Origin: a virus
Taxonomy: Duplodnaviria; Caudoviricetes
Strand: one strand, 5' to 3'
Length of the DNA stretch: 37,915 nucleotides
IMG/VR virus record: IMGVR_UViG_3300016476_000680
Span: 1 to 37,915 of that record
A program made the position numbers and the translations under genes. The notes under the pieces were generated by a model that searched no databases, was not told where the DNA came from, and saw nothing but the letters and a program-made list of their open reading frames with translations. Below are positions 1 to 8,640 of this stretch, piece after piece (the first letter of the stretch is position 1; each line of letters opens with the position of its first letter).

Positions 1-170
1 CTTACCCTAGTGTAACGGGTACTGGCTTGGCTGTATGCTCAAAACAACAATCACGCACATATTCTGGTGAGCAACAACTGCTCGGTATTGCTACGCTGCA
101 CAAGTCTAACATGGTGCCAGTGTTTGCCAAACAGGATGCAGTAGACATTGCTAAGATGCGAAGAAACTAA
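1..170 (+). CDS. 3' end of a conserved T4-like phage hypothetical protein (partial)
   Basis: Open frame from base 3: YPSVTGTG...YSGEQQLLGIATLHKSNMVPVFAKQDAVDIAKMRRN*. The GIATxHKSNxVPVF motif is recalled from T4-like phages. Confidence 0.7.
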   Translation, partial: YPSVTGTGLAVCSKQQSRTYSGEQQLLGIATLHKSNMVPVFAKQDAVDIAKMRRN

Positions 171-202
171 ATCACTTTTTCAAACTTCAAAGGAAAGTTG
201 TA

Positions 203-490
203 ATGAATAAAATTGCTGCAATTCTGTTCGTGATCGGTTCGTCAATAATCGCTGCCACAAAGATGCAATATCTATCAGTCCACGATAACTACACGATTGT
301 TATTACTGGAATAATGTTAGTGTTGTTCAGTATAATCATAGTACTTGGCAACTTCGTTAGATGGTCTGAAGAAGAAATGCAGAAAGAATACAAACAAAAG
401 TGCGGTGATTTTTATGACAAGCATCTGTGTCCCGAGTGTTCATCTTTTATGAAACGGAATGAATTGGTAATAAAGAATCGAAAAAACTGA
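203..490 (+). CDS. hypothetical membrane protein with a C-terminal CxxC
   Basis: Two hydrophobic segments, CPEC motif, AAGGA upstream. Confidence 0.6.
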   Translation: MNKIAAILFVIGSSIIAATKMQYLSVHDNYTIVITGIMLVLFSIIIVLGNFVRWSEEEMQKEYKQKCGDFYDKHLCPECSSFMKRNELVIKNRKN

Positions 491-491
491 T

Positions 492-695
492 ATGGCACGT
501 ATAAAAGTAATAGACAAAGCAATCGTAGACGAAAAGTTGTGGTATACGATCTTCTGTGATGTGGAAGTATTGTCTTGGCTTCGTGATTTAAATAACGAGG
601 ATAAGTGTTATCACATAGTAGGCGGCACATCTACCGGGACGTTAGTAGATATCAGAGAAGATGTATACATGTTTGCCTTAATCAGATGGAGTTAA
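492..695 (+). CDS. hypothetical protein
   Basis: Tightly packed 67 aa ORF in the operon. Confidence 0.6.
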   Translation: MARIKVIDKAIVDEKLWYTIFCDVEVLSWLRDLNNEDKCYHIVGGTSTGTLVDIREDVYMFALIRWS

Positions 696-696
696 T

Positions 697-1059
697 GTGC
701 AGTACATTCGAGAATCAGAAAACAAAGTAAGTCAGATGTTCATAGACTCCTTATCTGGAGGGGCTGGACCGTTTATTTATTGTCGCTGTGGTAAACATCA
801 CGTAGCTGAGGGATATGAAGAATTTGCGAAAGAATCATTCCTTGGATTTGATAGTTGGAATGGTCCAACGATTGAATACATACACTTCTATGGTGGGGCG
901 TATGTCGTGGACTGTGAAGGATGTATGACTGAACTAGTAAAGTATGAACGGTTCATTTGGGATTATCGTAATGATATAAGATGTTACTTAAAGACTCGCG
1001 TTGATCAAGAGCTTGCATGGGCTGAGCAAGAAAAACTAAGAAATATATTAATCGAGTAA
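697..1059 (+). CDS. hypothetical protein (CxCxxxH / CxxC, possible Zn binding)
   Basis: GTG start after GGAG; motifs CRCGKHH and CEGC. Confidence 0.6.
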   Translation: MQYIRESENKVSQMFIDSLSGGAGPFIYCRCGKHHVAEGYEEFAKESFLGFDSWNGPTIEYIHFYGGAYVVDCEGCMTELVKYERFIWDYRNDIRCYLKTRVDQELAWAEQEKLRNILIE

Positions 1060-1064
1060 CCAGA

Positions 1065-1901
1065 ATGAAAATAGCCTTGGCCAGTGACGTACATCTTGAG
1101 TTTGGTGACTTAGAGTTTACCAATGAAGGTGCTGATGTTTTAGTGTTAGCAGGTGATATCATGATCGCCCAGTACCTGTATGACCATACTCCCGACTCAA
1201 TTCAAAAATCACTTGATAAAGGTAATAAGTTAGGTGATCGTCAACTAGAAGCTATTAAGTACAGAAAATTTCTTGAGCGGGTAAGTGTCCAATTCAAGCA
1301 TGTAATCATGATTGCAGGTAATCATGAGTTTTACCACGGTCGTTGGTACCAGGCACTTGATACACTGCGCCACGAATGCAACCAGTTTTCCAATGTTTAT
1401 TTCTTAGAAGATCAAGTAAAAGAAATAGACAATGTAATGTTTGTTGGTTCAACACTTTGGACTGACATGAACAAAAACGATTGGTATACTAAGTACCAGG
1501 TTAAGCAGGGCATGAGTGACTTTAGGATTATCAAAAATGATAAGAACAATTATCACAGCCTTCATCCAGATGATGTTATTGTTCGCCATGCTAAAAGCCT
1601 AGAGTTTATCAAAACAACCGTGGCCAATACTAGCAAGAAGGTAGTAGTCGTTACCCATCATGCTCCTAGTGATCTTTCTGTAGCTGATTGCTATAAAGGT
1701 CAGCAATTAATGAACGGTGCGTACAGAACCAACTTGGAAGATTTTGTCATGGATAGTAATATCAATCTTTGGTGTCACGGTCATACCCATCATTCATTTG
1801 ATTATATGCTAGGTAATACTCGCATAGTATGTAATCCTCGTGGTTACATAGGTCATGAACCTCTTGCTGATGGGTACATGTTCAAATATTTGGACATATA
1901 A
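1065..1901 (+). CDS. calcineurin-like metallophosphoesterase
   Basis: Motifs SDVHLE, LAGD, GNHE, THHAP, HGHTH, NPRGY. Confidence 0.92.
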   Translation: MKIALASDVHLEFGDLEFTNEGADVLVLAGDIMIAQYLYDHTPDSIQKSLDKGNKLGDRQLEAIKYRKFLERVSVQFKHVIMIAGNHEFYHGRWYQALDTLRHECNQFSNVYFLEDQVKEIDNVMFVGSTLWTDMNKNDWYTKYQVKQGMSDFRIIKNDKNNYHSLHPDDVIVRHAKSLEFIKTTVANTSKKVVVVTHHAPSDLSVADCYKGQQLMNGAYRTNLEDFVMDSNINLWCHGHTHHSFDYMLGNTRIVCNPRGYIGHEPLADGYMFKYLDI

Positions 1902-2006
1902 GTTAACAGATATTACCTTTTCTATTGTAATCAGACAGTTACTATTATATTATGATATCACGCTGTAAGTTAACATGAATTGCAGCGGAACAATAGGAAA
2001 TCAAAA

Positions 2007-2279
2007 ATGATGACAGAAACTAAAATCCAGCGTCTTGCAGAGGCGCTCAAGAACGGTGAACGATTGACTGCTAAGCAGATTAGTGCAAGATTTGGTCTTG
2101 CTAACCCAACTGCTACTATCAGCGATCTTCGCCTTCGTCATGGTTATGCAGTTTATGCTAACCAAAATACTGACACTAAAGGTCGTGTAACAACCAAGTA
2201 CTCTATCGGTACACCAAGCCGTCGAGTAGTTGCAGCAGGATATCGTTATCTTGCTACTTTCGGTGACGTTGCCGTTTAA
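2007..2279 (+). CDS. winged-helix DNA-binding protein
   Basis: LTAKQISARFGLANPTATISDLR helix-turn-helix pattern; AGGA upstream of ATG 2007. Confidence 0.65.
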   Translation: MMTETKIQRLAEALKNGERLTAKQISARFGLANPTATISDLRLRHGYAVYANQNTDTKGRVTTKYSIGTPSRRVVAAGYRYLATFGDVAV

Positions 2280-2297
2280 TCAGTACTAAAGGTTTCT

Positions 2298-2330
2298 AGC
2301 GGGTCCTTTCTAAAACCCGCTTCTTTTTTT
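2298..2330 (+). terminator. intrinsic terminator
   Basis: AGCGGGT/ACCCGCT stem followed by a T-run. Confidence 0.75.
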
Positions 2331-2340
2331 AAGGCTTATC

Positions 2341-2784
2341 ATGAATATCTTTCACAAATTAATGACCAAGTTAGGTAGATACCGTCTTATCTTAGATCGT
2401 CAGTCGCATGAGCAATACATGCATCGTTATTACTTGCTGTTCAAAGATCGTGTAAGTTTTCCGTTCAATTTACTCTTACATAAAATCGTTCGTTCTGATG
2501 ATCCCGTATATCACGACCACCCATGGGATTACACCACTGTTGTACTCAAAGGCGGTTACTGGGAACATACACCTGAATTTGATAAAGGCAAAGTTGTAGC
2601 TGATCGCATTGTATGGCGAGGTCCAGGTAGCGTTATTAGCCGCAAAGCACATGAATTTCATTGGCTTGAGTTGGATGACAACCAACCAGCTGTAACACTT
2701 TTTATACCCAAGAAGCGCAAAAGAGAATGGGGCTTTTTGGTCAACAATGAATGGATTCTTCACACTCAATACTTGGTAAAATAA
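2341..2784 (+). CDS. cupin-fold protein
   Basis: HDHPWD...GGYWE...FHWLEL...WGF pattern typical of phage cupins. Confidence 0.75.
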   Translation: MNIFHKLMTKLGRYRLILDRQSHEQYMHRYYLLFKDRVSFPFNLLLHKIVRSDDPVYHDHPWDYTTVVLKGGYWEHTPEFDKGKVVADRIVWRGPGSVISRKAHEFHWLELDDNQPAVTLFIPKKRKREWGFLVNNEWILHTQYLVK

Positions 2785-2786
2785 TT

Positions 2787-3134
2787 ATGGACCCTATAAT
2801 TACTTTCGTTATATCTTTTGTTATACTCTACTTTGTTATTAATACTGGGTTTAAGATTTACACAAAATATCAAAGACAAAAGCTTGAAGCGTTAGTAAAA
2901 GAAGCATTCATTAACATAATACCTGTATTGTATACAGAAGTAGAAAATAATACGATATACTTGTATGAAAAGAAAACCAACAAGTTTCAGTGTCAAGCTA
3001 CTACTATTGAAGACCTTGCAAAAGAATTTGGCAACGGAAACTTCATAGCAAAAGTTTTGCACGACAACAAAGAATTGTGGTTTGTCGAAGGCGAAGTACT
3101 AGACGAAGTTATAATAACCACTGAGGCAAAGTGA
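2787..3134 (+). CDS. hypothetical protein with an N-terminal TM anchor
   Basis: Hydrophobic N-terminus; start placed at ATG 2787, just after the previous stop. Confidence 0.6.
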   Translation: MDPIITFVISFVILYFVINTGFKIYTKYQRQKLEALVKEAFINIIPVLYTEVENNTIYLYEKKTNKFQCQATTIEDLAKEFGNGNFIAKVLHDNKELWFVEGEVLDEVIITTEAK

Positions 3135-3142
3135 GGTTAGAA

Positions 3143-3502
3143 ATGTATGAACTTATAGTTGAATCAGCAATTGCTCTTGGAACGGGAGTAGCAGCAATAT
3201 ATGCTACATTGTCAATGATCTACTGGACCTATAGATACGCGAAGGGTGACGATTATCCTAATCCTAAAATTACTGACTTGGACATATGCCGCAAAGATAT
3301 CATAAAACTAATCGATCCTTTTTACTATAAACATCCCATGAATATCTTTATCATTGCACTGAGTTTGTTTTTTGTCCCCACAGGTTTGGCAATAGTTTGG
3401 CCTATTATAATCCCTGCAGGTATTTTTTACTTCGCAGTCAAGAAAATCAGAGCGAAGAATTTACACAAAAAGAAAATGTGGGAAACATTAAAAGGGAGTT
3501 AA
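3143..3502 (+). CDS. hypothetical membrane protein (KMWxxLK C-terminus)
   Basis: Two or three hydrophobic segments, GAGG before ATG 3143; resembles 19334..19681. Confidence 0.6.
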   Translation: MYELIVESAIALGTGVAAIYATLSMIYWTYRYAKGDDYPNPKITDLDICRKDIIKLIDPFYYKHPMNIFIIALSLFFVPTGLAIVWPIIIPAGIFYFAVKKIRAKNLHKKKMWETLKGS

Positions 3503-3510
3503 ATAATACT

Positions 3511-4047
3511 ATGAAACCCAAGTTCATTGATTACTTTATGGATATAGCTGAACGAACAGCACAGTTAAGCTATGCCAAAAGACTACAAGTTGGTGCAGTG
3601 ATTGTAAAAGGCAATCAGATACTTGCTTCAGGGTATAACGGCATGCCCTCTGGTTGGGAAAATAATTGCGAAACAAAAGAATGGATGGCATTAGAAAACC
3701 CAGACTTTTACACAGAAGAAGAAATAGAACAAAACTGGCCTTACGTTGCACATTCAGATGATCCTGTTGGATCAAACGATAGTGGATACATAGGTAGATA
3801 CCGTCTCAAATCCAAACCAGAAGTACTTCATGCTGAAATGAACGCATTAATGCGTTTGGCGGCGAGTACTGAATCTAGTATAGGATCCACCTTGTTTATA
3901 ACACATAGTCCATGTTTGGAGTGCGCTAAAGCCATTTACCAATCAGGAATAGGCACTGTGTATTACAAACATGATTATCGGTCCGTTGAAGGTGTGGAAT
4001 TCTTAAAGAAAACTGGAGTACATGTCCACAAGTATTCTCAAATTTGA
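3511..4047 (+). CDS. dCMP deaminase
   Basis: Motifs RLQVGAVIVK, GYNG, HAEMNA, SPCLECAK. Confidence 0.93.
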   Translation: MKPKFIDYFMDIAERTAQLSYAKRLQVGAVIVKGNQILASGYNGMPSGWENNCETKEWMALENPDFYTEEEIEQNWPYVAHSDDPVGSNDSGYIGRYRLKSKPEVLHAEMNALMRLAASTESSIGSTLFITHSPCLECAKAIYQSGIGTVYYKHDYRSVEGVEFLKKTGVHVHKYSQI

Positions 4048-4276
4048 TTATCAATGTAAAGTCGCTATTAAGTTCGGTGACCTGCAGTCAGTTTTAGACT
4101 GGTGCTTCAAAAACTGTGAGAAAAATTGGAACTACACAGACTACAGTGATATCAATAGCAAAAAATGGCTAGCCGACCAGTACATTACTGACATATTCAG
4201 TGATCTTACTATAGATTACATTTTCTCTTTTGAGTCTGAAAAAGATCACCTTGCCTTTATATTAGTACACAAATAA
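4022..4276 (+). CDS. hypothetical protein
   Basis: ORF overlapping the end of the dCMP deaminase gene; WC...W...FESEKD pattern of small jumbo-phage proteins. Confidence 0.6.
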   Translation: MSTSILKFDYQCKVAIKFGDLQSVLDWCFKNCEKNWNYTDYSDINSKKWLADQYITDIFSDLTIDYIFSFESEKDHLAFILVHK

Positions 4277-4284
4277 ATACAACT

Positions 4285-4854
4285 ATGAGAATTAACGAAT
4301 TGATGAATAAAAAACCGCATGTGTTTCTTGACATGGATGGTGTACAGTGTGATTTTGCTGGTGCTGTAGAAACAGCTATTGGTATGTCACATGAAGAAGC
4401 AAAACTAAAAACACAAGAAGAAATAGAAAAACTAGCACACAGTTCTCCAAGAGCAGTTTTTGAATTTTTTGCTAACTTAAAACAACTGCCAGGTGGTAAA
4501 AAAATCACAGATTGGCTAAATAGTAATAATATCTCTTATACTATTTTAAGTGCGCCTCTTAGAGGACCGTACGCTAACTCAAGTATAGTAGGTAAAAAAG
4601 CTTGGTTACAAAAGCACACCCCTGATAAGGTTAACAGTGCTTTATTCAGGCACGATAAACACGAATATGCTATGGATGGTGGTAGACCAAATATCTTGAT
4701 TGATGACTACTACAAAAAGATCATGGCATGGGAACAAGCTGGTGGTATAGCGATACAACACGAAGATGAATATAAAGTTCCAGATGCTGCTGAAAGAACT
4801 ATAAAAAGATTGGAAGAGATCTTTTTCAACAAGGATAACAATAATGAGCAATGA
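4285..4854 (+). CDS. HAD-family 5'(3')-deoxyribonucleotidase-like protein
   Basis: Motifs FLDMDGV, ILSAP, K..W, ILIDD, W..AGG. Confidence 0.88.
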   Translation: MRINELMNKKPHVFLDMDGVQCDFAGAVETAIGMSHEEAKLKTQEEIEKLAHSSPRAVFEFFANLKQLPGGKKITDWLNSNNISYTILSAPLRGPYANSSIVGKKAWLQKHTPDKVNSALFRHDKHEYAMDGGRPNILIDDYYKKIMAWEQAGGIAIQHEDEYKVPDAAERTIKRLEEIFFNKDNNNEQ

Positions 4855-5311
4855 TATTAGAGACATATTTAAAAAGATCAACGAACTAAGCGTTGATAAC
4901 GATGACACTATGAACGTGGGTGATAGCTTTGATATTGAGCTTTCAGAGAATTTTAATATTGAAACCGGAATAGTTGGATTTACTGATGATGGTGTAATCG
5001 TTGAAGCTGATGAAAGTATGTTAGAGTTTCTAGACCTTAACGGAGTTCTGTTAGAGTCTGAGGAACTAGACGAAGCCGAGTATCAAGGAAGAAAAGTTCC
5101 GCTAGGCAAGCCTATGCAAGGTGATGTGAAAAAGTCTAAGGTTTATGTTCGTAAGCCAAACGGTAAAGTAGTAAAAGTAAACTTTGGTGACAAGAACATG
5201 AAGATCAAAAAGTCTAATCCAAAGCGTAGAAAATCATTTAGAGCTAGACACAATTGCGATAATCCCGGTCCACGTTGGAAAGCACGATACTGGTCATGTA
5301 GAGCCTGGTAA
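4844..5311 (+). CDS. conserved phage protein, acidic N-terminus and basic C-terminal domain (probable virion protein)
   Basis: LDEAEYQGRKV...RRKSFRARHNC...ARYWSCRAW domain; LxE-type cleavage-like motifs precede it. Confidence 0.7.
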   Translation: MSNDIRDIFKKINELSVDNDDTMNVGDSFDIELSENFNIETGIVGFTDDGVIVEADESMLEFLDLNGVLLESEELDEAEYQGRKVPLGKPMQGDVKKSKVYVRKPNGKVVKVNFGDKNMKIKKSNPKRRKSFRARHNCDNPGPRWKARYWSCRAW

Positions 5312-5360
5312 TGATGCCTTTTATTATTGACTCTTTGTTCTAAAGTAAATACAATACACT

Positions 5361-5549
5361 ATGGCCAATCAACCCGGACAAGACAATTTACGCTACGAAG
5401 TTATCACGCACACTGATCCTGAAACAGGAGATTTGATTCTTCCTATTCCTCCTCATGTACTAAAACAATTAGGATGGAAAGAAGGTGATGACATTGACAT
5501 AGGCGTGGGAGAAGATGGCCGAATTTTCTTAAAAAAGGTATTTAAATGA
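5361..5549 (+). CDS. AbrB/MazE/SpoVT-like DNA-binding protein
   Basis: LPIPxxVLKQLGWKEGDxI pattern. Confidence 0.75.
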   Translation: MANQPGQDNLRYEVITHTDPETGDLILPIPPHVLKQLGWKEGDDIDIGVGEDGRIFLKKVFK

Positions 5550-6004
5550 GTCAATATAATGTCAATCTTTCTTCCACTGATTATAATTTAGACGATACAA
5601 TGTTCGGTGCAGGTTCTGGCCTAGGCATCGGAGCCGGAGGTGGCGGTATTTTGGGAGGGACTGGTGGAGGTTATACTATCACTACTAGTCCGGGAACAAT
5701 ATACACTACAAACACAGGCGGCGCGGGACAAACTTTAACTTGGAACGGTGTAAACCCTGCATGGACTACACCTAGTTCTACACTAAAAATAGACGGTGAT
5801 GCTGAAATAGAGGGTGATCTAAAAGTAAAAGGCAAAAGCTTATCTGAAGCAATTGAAAATATAGAAAAGCGATTGGCTATCTTACATCCTAACTCTGAGT
5901 TAGAAGAAAGGTGGGAAGAGCTAAAAGCACTAGGCGAAAGATATCGTGAATTAGAAAAAGATATCTTAGAGAAAGAAAAAATGTGGGATATACTTAAAAA
6001 ATAA
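5546..6004 (+). CDS. hypothetical protein (Gly/Thr-rich N-terminus, coiled-coil C-terminus)
   Basis: Composition; ends EKEKMWDILKK. Confidence 0.65.
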   Translation: MSQYNVNLSSTDYNLDDTMFGAGSGLGIGAGGGGILGGTGGGYTITTSPGTIYTTNTGGAGQTLTWNGVNPAWTTPSSTLKIDGDAEIEGDLKVKGKSLSEAIENIEKRLAILHPNSELEERWEELKALGERYRELEKDILEKEKMWDILKK

Positions 6005-6025
6005 GGAGTAATAAAAACCCAATAT

Positions 6026-6241
6026 ATGGCAAAAGAAGATACAATTAAGCTAGATGGAGACATAGTAGATGTTATGCCAAACGCTATGTTTAAAGTAAAA
6101 ACAGAAACAGGTCATACCATTCTCGCGTACATATCAGGCAAGATGCGAAAAAACGAAATCAGAATTTTAATGGGTGATAAAGTAGAAATGGAACTTTCAC
6201 CCTATGATCTAAATCGTGGTAGAATAACCCGCCGAAAGTAA
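6026..6241 (+). CDS. infA: translation initiation factor IF-1
   Basis: MAKED...PNAMFKV...ISGKMR..IRIL.GDKV..ELSPYDL.RGRI.R; AAGGAG upstream. Confidence 0.97.
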   Translation: MAKEDTIKLDGDIVDVMPNAMFKVKTETGHTILAYISGKMRKNEIRILMGDKVEMELSPYDLNRGRITRRK

Positions 6242-6273
6242 AGTAATTAACGCATAATCATAAATAATAGATT

Positions 6274-6828
6274 ATGCGTGAAATTATAACTCTCCTCGAA
6301 CAAAAAGCTAAACCTCAAGACATTGAGATAATCAATCTTAACTTTACTCCCAGTGAAGTTAATCCTGTCATGAGCAAAGATACTATAGACTTACACTATG
6401 GTAAACTTGCCCATGCCTACGCTAAACGATACAATGCCGGAGAAGGAGATCCAACCTTCAATTACGCGGGAGTCTTTCTTCACAACTTGTTGTTTACTCA
6501 GTATCGTGAAGTCAGAAACAATAACAAGCCCAATGGTCCTATGGAAGGCTTTATCAAAAAACACTTTAAAAGTTATGAGAACTTTAAAGACGAGTTCTTA
6601 AAAGAAGCTATGACTATTCAGGGATCAGGCTGGGCTTACTTGGCATATGACGGCAAGATCAAGCTAATAAAGAATCACGAAGTTAGAGATGATATCTTAC
6701 TGATCATTGACTGGTGGGAGCATGCCTTCATTTTAGATTATGGCACTGACAAAGAAAAGTATTTGAATGAACAGTGGAAGATCATAAACTGGAATGTGAT
6801 TAATACTAGGTGGGGCCAGAGTCTATGA
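6274..6828 (+). CDS. Fe/Mn superoxide dismutase-like protein
   Basis: LHYGK, LHN, GSGW, DWWEHA (all four metal ligands present), WKIINW. Confidence 0.9.
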   Translation: MREIITLLEQKAKPQDIEIINLNFTPSEVNPVMSKDTIDLHYGKLAHAYAKRYNAGEGDPTFNYAGVFLHNLLFTQYREVRNNNKPNGPMEGFIKKHFKSYENFKDEFLKEAMTIQGSGWAYLAYDGKIKLIKNHEVRDDILLIIDWWEHAFILDYGTDKEKYLNEQWKIINWNVINTRWGQSL

Positions 6829-7292
6829 GAGCTAAAGAGTTCATACAGGAGTCATTTAATCAACCATATTCGTTAAAATGGGAAAAAGGCGAGCATGGCG
6901 ATTTAGACGCATTTACTAATTTAGACGACGGCAGTAAATTAAGCATTATGTTTAACAAACCTTTTAATAAAAACGAACCATGGATGGTTGAATTTTACAG
7001 AAACGACAGCCAAGATGTTACAGGTGAAGGCGATGCGTATAGAATTTTTGCTACTGTGTTAAATGCCATAGAACAGTTTATTAAAAAAGTTAAGCCAGTG
7101 GGTATATTCTTTTCATCAGTAGAAGAAGCTGATACTACGGGTAGTAGAGCAAAATTATACGACAGAATGGTTCAAAAATATACATCACAATTAGGATACA
7201 CTTTTAATAAAATTGACTATCACGGAGAAGCAGGATACAGTTTAACAAAAACATCTAATAAAAAAGGTGTGGCGGAAGGCAAGAGTTTATGA
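6825..7292 (+). CDS. hypothetical protein (MRAKEFIQE N-terminus)
   Basis: ATGA overlap with the SOD stop; shared N-terminal motif. Confidence 0.7.
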   Translation: MRAKEFIQESFNQPYSLKWEKGEHGDLDAFTNLDDGSKLSIMFNKPFNKNEPWMVEFYRNDSQDVTGEGDAYRIFATVLNAIEQFIKKVKPVGIFFSSVEEADTTGSRAKLYDRMVQKYTSQLGYTFNKIDYHGEAGYSLTKTSNKKGVAEGKSL

Positions 7293-7753
7293 GAGCTAAA
7301 GAAACCGTAGATGATCTAAACTTAGACATATCAATTGATGGTGCTCAAGTTATCGTTCATGTATATAAAGATAACAGTCAAATTGGATATGTAGTTTTTG
7401 ATCGTGATGGGAAAACTTTGCATCCACAAGATTTATCCATTGACGAAAAATATCATCGCCGCGGGTTCGCATCAAAGATATATGATTTGATCAAAAGCAA
7501 AGGATTTACTATTCACAGAAGCAGTGATCAAACACAGGCTGGTAAAAACTTTTGGGATAAACATCGCCCTGCTCAAGAGGTATGGGAACAAGAATTAGCA
7601 GAGTGGAAAAGAATCGCTGGTATAATAGAAACGACCGAGACGACTACAGTTGCTCAACAACAATATAAAATTGGAACGCCTGAATGGTTTAACAGACCGG
7701 TAAATGATGGTCAGTTCCCTGCAGGATTTAGAGGAAGAGTGAAAAAGAGATGA
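7289..7753 (+). CDS. GNAT-like acetyltransferase-fold protein (MRAKE N-terminus)
   Basis: IDEKYHRRGFASKIY acetyl-CoA-binding motif A; QTQAGKNFW. Confidence 0.65.
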   Translation: MRAKETVDDLNLDISIDGAQVIVHVYKDNSQIGYVVFDRDGKTLHPQDLSIDEKYHRRGFASKIYDLIKSKGFTIHRSSDQTQAGKNFWDKHRPAQEVWEQELAEWKRIAGIIETTETTTVAQQQYKIGTPEWFNRPVNDGQFPAGFRGRVKKR

Positions 7754-8586
7754 GAGCAAAAGACTTTATAACAGAAGTACCCTTACAAAGCTATACACCA
7801 ATGGGAGACTTTGATAAGCCGGGACCTTTCAGAGGTCCAGATAAACGATTAGTACCGCACCCTACTAATATTTTAAAAACACAAAGATTCTTAGAACAAA
7901 CTCCATATGACTTTAGACTGTTCTTTAGTAACATTCCCGGTACTGGTAAGTATAGCGAATATGGTCCAATGGATTCTAATCAGTTAAAAGAAATCTTTGG
8001 CGATCAAGCTGATCAAATTATCAATGGCAGTGAAGATGCCATCACAGTAGTATTTGTAGGCAACAAAGGTGATGCTAAAGTTCCAATGACGCCGTGGATT
8101 ATGGCTCATAGATTTGGACATGCTATACAAGCTGGTGTTCGTAAGAATAGGGGATGGAGTGCATGGGGTGAAGCAGAAAAGCACTTTTTCACACAAGTTA
8201 ATCAGATGTTAGAAGAGTATTACGGGAAAGCATCTCGTGAGAGTTCAAGATTCAAGTTTGATCTAACACCAGAATATAACGCACTGTTCAATGCTATTGG
8301 TACTCAGCGCAGCAGCAGATCAAACGAAATCAAACGACCTTACGAATTCTTGTATGAACTATTTGCTCAATATCTAGGTACTGGTAAAATTACATTAAAT
8401 CCACTACCAACTAATCTAGGTTATGGTAGAAAGGCTTGGGGTACACCTAGCAAGTATTTGAATATCAAACCTAAATTTCGTGATGAAAACGATAGAGCAG
8501 AAGCTACCGATATGTTAGCAAATGACATGGGGTATATGTTTGATGATGTTTTGTCTAGTTCTGTAGGTAAAATATTTGTGATGTAG
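7750..8586 (+). CDS. hypothetical protein, possibly degenerate zincin (MRAKDFITE N-terminus)
   Basis: AHRFGHA (HRxxH in place of HExxH) and a downstream YELFAQY. Confidence 0.6.
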   Translation: MRAKDFITEVPLQSYTPMGDFDKPGPFRGPDKRLVPHPTNILKTQRFLEQTPYDFRLFFSNIPGTGKYSEYGPMDSNQLKEIFGDQADQIINGSEDAITVVFVGNKGDAKVPMTPWIMAHRFGHAIQAGVRKNRGWSAWGEAEKHFFTQVNQMLEEYYGKASRESSRFKFDLTPEYNALFNAIGTQRSSRSNEIKRPYEFLYELFAQYLGTGKITLNPLPTNLGYGRKAWGTPSKYLNIKPKFRDENDRAEATDMLANDMGYMFDDVLSSSVGKIFVM

Positions 8587-8640
8587 GCAAGTGTCCTATT
8601 CCTGTTCTTTGTGATAAATATATGATAAAGGATTAAGAAT

